A stretch of 64,000 nt of DNA, taken from the NCBI GenBank assembly GCA_043228905.1, contig JBHGNT010000018.1, positions 2,232,001 through 2,296,000 on the forward strand, read 5' to 3'. Positions 60,101-64,000 of the stretch are shown here, piece after piece. The notes beneath the pieces are model-generated. The model was not told the DNA's origin. It was given only the letters and a program-made list of their open reading frames with translations, and searched no databases. This DNA comes from Azolla caroliniana (taxonomy: Eukaryota > Plantae > Polypodiophyta). Numbering within the stretch: position 1 is the first letter of the stretch; every line of letters starts with the position of its first letter. The position numbers were made by a program, and so were the translations under genes.

Positions 60101-60886
60101 GCGGCAAGGGGACGAAGGTGGCAACAACAAAGGCACCGACCAGCCAAAGCGTTACATGAACGAAGGAGGCGACAAGGGTGATCTTCCGGTAAGCTGTCGG
60201 GGGACACCCAGTTAAGGAGCGGTGTACTGAGCCGGAAAGGGCACACCCGAAAGCGGAACAGAAGACGTGCGTGTGGCCGTCAAGGGCCAAAGCGAAGCAT
60301 GAGTACGGGATGGTGTTCGGGACAGGCGGTGCCGAACAAGGAAGGGGAATGCGCAGCACACAGAGGTGCCAGAGTGGGAACACCGACGCGGAGATAGGTT
60401 GCCAGTTCAGGTGATCTCCAATAGAAGGCCAGAGAGGGATCCTCCACACTGGTTCCGAGGACCTTGGCAGTTCGGTCGCCGTGGCAGCGTAAGACCAAGG
60501 AGAAGGTAGGTGGTGGCGAGGGGACGAAGGCGATGGAGATCAGTGCGGGACGAGAACCGGGACAACGCGAAGGTCGACAGAGGCCAATCGGGCCATCACG
60601 GGTGCTCCTTGAACGGAGGATACCATGTAACCGAAGGAACGAGGGGCATGCATGCGGTCAAGCGAAGGGCCTACAACGGGGCATGCGTACTACGGGGTCG
60701 CGGCGAACGACCTATTGACGGGTCGAACGAGCCTACTGAGAGGCAAGCGCGCTGAATGAACTGGAGCCGACGGTTCAAACCGGCAACGGTTGACGCTGCA
60801 AGCCGGGATGCAGGTCACAAAGGACCGGTTTCTCACCAGCCCAAATCTTTCGCCTTTCTCTGGATATGGCACGTATCGGTGGACAT
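57148..60886 (+). mobile_element. Trp-primed non-autonomous LTR element (copy D): LTR 57148-57900, PBS 57905-57922, degenerate gag from 57938, repetitive GC-rich interior, no pol
   Basis: TGTCGTGAAG...CGCGACA-tatt-TGGTGAACCCGACGTGAA; GHFNGDKVPFYLEAY and GLTEDWSKVGKVC resemble gag of A/B. Confidence 0.8.
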
Positions 60887-60990
60887 TGTCGTGAAGATCC
60901 GTCACTACGCGTGGATCGTGAGGCGGAACCGCCGGGGTTCTGGACCGGAAGGACTTGAAGTTGGCGCTAGCTTTAGCGAGAAAGGTTTTA
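60887..60990 (+). mobile_element. Start of a further TGTCGTGAAG-type LTR (extent uncertain)
   Basis: Same 10-bp terminus as the LTRs at 25464, 36240 and 57148, different body. Confidence 0.45.
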
Positions 60991-61182
60991 AGATAGATTT
61001 AAAGAGAGAGATTGAGATAAGATAGAACACTTGATTTTTAGATTGAGAGAGAGTTTTTGAGAGACAAGATATATTATCAATTGGATAACGAATTTCTTAC
61101 TTTTAATTTTAATTTTGATGTCAAGCACAAAGCTTCCAAAAATTTTACATTAGTCCTCTCAATACAGATTTACTTTACTTAA

Positions 61183-61186
<4 letters not shown>

Positions 61187-61223
<37 letters not shown>

Positions 61224-61556
61224 GGTCGTGCGCCATGCTGTCGTCACTGTTGTCTGCGACGTCTGTCGCCGCCTGCTACCGAGCTGCACTCCCCCCCCCC
61301 ATCGTGCTGTTGTCGTCTGTTGGCGTGCTACCGCCTCTGACGTCCGTCGTCGTCTGCTGACGTCCGTCGCCGTCTGCTAACATCTGATGACGTCCGTCAC
61401 CGTCTATTGCCGTCCGTCGCCGTCTGCTGACATCTGCTGACGTCCGTCGCCGTCTATTGCCGTCTGTCGCCGTCTATTGCCGTCTGTCGCCGTCTATTGC
61501 CGTCTGTCGCCGTCTATTGCCGTTCGTCGCCGTCTATTGCCGTCTGCTGCCGTCTG
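61187..61556. repeat. (CT)n followed by GC-rich 20-bp tandem repeats (gccgtctattgccgtctgtc), probably LINE 5' UTR
   Basis: Direct reading; immediately upstream of ORF1. Confidence 0.8.
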
Positions 61557-61791
61557 CGTGCTGGACGACCTGCTGCAGTTCGCCATCATCCGTTGTAGTC
61601 GCCATTGCCGTTGCCGTGCTCTTCTCCTCCTTGTTTCTTGAGGTTGCCGAGTGTCGCGTTTTTTCTCTTGGCGGCGCATCCTTGTTCTTTTAGCGTGCTC
61701 GTCGTGTGCAAAATGCCGATGTGACTACGACATAACACAAACTCGGCTAAGTCTCGAACCCATTTATTTTATCCTTTTTTTTCTTTCTACA

Positions 61792-62598
61792 ATGTCTAAA
61801 CGAAAGGAACACAAGGATACACAAGACAAGGCTATAAGTAAGGAGGACTTTTTGGATATGTTTAACCGTTTAACAAAAATAGAGACGGATATGAAAAAAT
61901 GGGTGAAAGACGCCGAAACCCACAAGAAAAAAGATAGAGAGGAAAAAGACACCCTCAAGGCCGAAATAGAAAAACTTAAAGAGGAAAACACAAACCTCAA
62001 ACAACAACTTAATGACATCAAGGTATCCCGAGAGGACGGTGAAATATCCTCCATAGAGGATATAAAAGATGAGATCAAAAAAGTTAAAGAGGAGGTTAAA
62101 AATAACATAGAGTTAGCAAAAACGGGTTGGGTAGATGTGGTTAAAAGAAACATTAAAAAAGAAATAAAGGATGAAAATATTGTTAATACCACCCTCGAAG
62201 AGGAGAAAATGCGTCAGGCCCGACGCCTAAATGTGCGTGTCACTGGGCTCAAGGAAGGTGCATCCCCGGACGAGGATGCACAAACACTCAGGAAAATGTT
62301 AGGGTACACAACGACCCTACCTATCACCAAAGCTTGGAGGGCCGGACGTGACACAACTAGGAAGAGAGCCTTAGTTCTTCAATTTAAAGACTTAGACTCT
62401 AGAATCACTTTCTTTAAGAAGAGACCAATTCTTTGAGGATTGGGTGGGGACCCTATCTATCTCGATGAAGACCTCACCAAGATGCAAATTGAGCATCGCA
62501 AGAGTTGTATGCCAAAGGTTATGCAAGCTCGCAAAGACGGGCATCACACCTTTTATCGAGATGGGCGAGTGATCATAAATGATCGCACTACTAATTGA
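61792..62598 (+). pseudogene. LINE ORF1 (coiled coil plus C-terminal domain), one premature TGA at 62434
   Basis: K/E heptads, RRLNVRVTGLKE, RALVLQF, IYLDEDLT. Confidence 0.8.
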
Positions 62599-62604
62599 CG
62601 ACGT

Positions 62605-64000
62605 GTGGCCCATGTGACAAAAAACACACTTAGGATGACCTTATGGAATTGTAACGGTGCACTCTGGACACACCCTGGCCGCCTAGAGGGGATATTAAAG
62701 GAATCAGATATAGTTTGCCTAGTAGAAACACACCAAAGCCCAAATAGGGGACTCCCACGAGTCGAAGGATTTCGTTGGGAGTCGGCTTTTAGACAAACCT
62801 CACGTCCATGCACTACCAGGGGATCTGGAGGTGTCACAATATTGTTTCGGAGGGAGCTACATAATATGATAGAAATACTGAGCACAGACCCATAAGCTCG
62901 TTTTATGTGGGTTAAAGTCTCCACAAGCAAGGACAAGGCAGTAATTTTCGCCATTTGTTACTTCCCCTCGAAAGGCTCTCGTTATAATCTGGCTGGCGAG
63001 GCGAGATTAGTTGATGACGGAGTGCCACATGGGCCTTCCCCATATGAACCTCTATCGGATGACATAATCCGATATTCTTACCAAGGCGAAGTATTCCTTG
63101 TAGGAGACTTTAATGCGAGAACCCAATCCCGACAATGCACAACATTTCAAATGAATAGAAACCTAGAAATGGTAAATGTCGATCCTTCAGACATAGACAC
63201 CACACGTAGATCAAAGGATCAAGGTGCAGACGCCACGAGCTTTGGCCATCATTTGCTCGAACTCGGTAGTCGGCACCAGATGGTCATATATAATGGTTTA
63301 GCCAAGTGGCCAGGTTCGGAAGAGCTCACATGTTTCCCACATGGAGGAGGGGAAAGCACAGTCGATTATCTAATAGGACGCCCTGAAGCTACCCACATGA
63401 TTAACTCCTTCCGAGTGGCCCCATGTCCTATTGGCGCGGACCATAGTTTCTTATACTTCGAGATAAAATGCGATATCTCTAACGTCACCAACTCTAGTCA
63501 ACTACGCCATGACATCACAATACATTTCACACATGAGCCCTTTGACATATATGCTCGACATGTTCAAGCCCATCTCTCCTCCCTTGATCCCTCCCTACCT
63601 TTAGAGAGCCTTAGTACGAAACTCACACACATCCTTCATTCTGCAGCTGTTAGCAGTTTCCCATACTCGAAACACTCCAATCAAGGTAAAGTAGGATCTA
63701 TGCCACAAAATAGATGGTATGATGAGGATTGTAGGTTCCTACATCGACAACTTACAATATCGCAACTCAATGGTAGTATTACCTCAGTACAAGCTCGTAA
63801 AGAAATGCGCAAGATGACACGTCGTAAGAGACGAGCATGGGAGGCATCCCAATATTGGGAACTCTACCACATGCTCATGAGTAGCGATTGTGCCACTGCA
63901 TGGAAAAGATTACGGGAACCAAGACCACAAACACCCATCGAAGATCCCAAAACTTGGCACACTTATACAGAGAGACTTTACCACATCCCAAACCAACCAC
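62605..64000 (+). pseudogene. LINE ORF2 N-terminus, apurinic-type endonuclease (TAA at 62893)
   Basis: TLWNCNG, DIVCLVETH, GSGGV, LVGDFNART, STVDY, ADH, WYDEDC. Confidence 0.9.

Larger units (their letters stand above)
61220..64000 (+). mobile_element. LINE (non-LTR retrotransposon), 5' half; runs off the window; 5' boundary approximate
   Basis: Coiled-coil ORF1 followed by an APE-endonuclease ORF2. Confidence 0.9.

Noticed and set aside
60887-60990. Candidate 3' LTR of the element starting at 57148
   Set aside because: Only the first ~11 bp match and no PPT precedes it; treated as a separate insertion

Overview
Eukaryotic land-plant nuclear DNA; a non-seed plant such as a fern or bryophyte is inferred from the element types, not proven. 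The first ~16 kb is AT-rich host sequence. It holds a 3-exon protein gene (1719-2999), tRNA-Arg(CCT), a variant U2 snRNA with a USE+TATA promoter, and a very young intact Tnt1-like Ty1/copia (5919-11824, TSD ATTAA). The stretch 16.1-61 kb is a nest of LTR retrotransposons resolvable from LTR ends, PBS/PPT and target-site duplications. A copia LTR (16140) contains a chromovirus (16339-47963), which contains a copia (21737-47360), which contains a copia (25298-44912), which contains two tRNA-Trp-primed Ty3/gypsy elements (25464-32624, 36240-43209). A second stack of truncated copia and gypsy elements follows, then the 5' half of a LINE. Most notable: (i) the chromovirus has no tRNA PBS but a PBS complementary to its own predicted transcript start (Tf1-type self-priming), plus a tRNA-shaped A-box/B-box cassette at the outer LTR end; (ii) the Trp-primed gypsy family makes 4-bp TSDs centred on CpG, has a D-H-G protease inside ORF1, and reaches RT through a G_GAU_UUU_UAG -1 frameshift site; (iii) the host gene has a duplicated in-frame splice donor. 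All coordinates and comparisons were done by eye, with no database searches.
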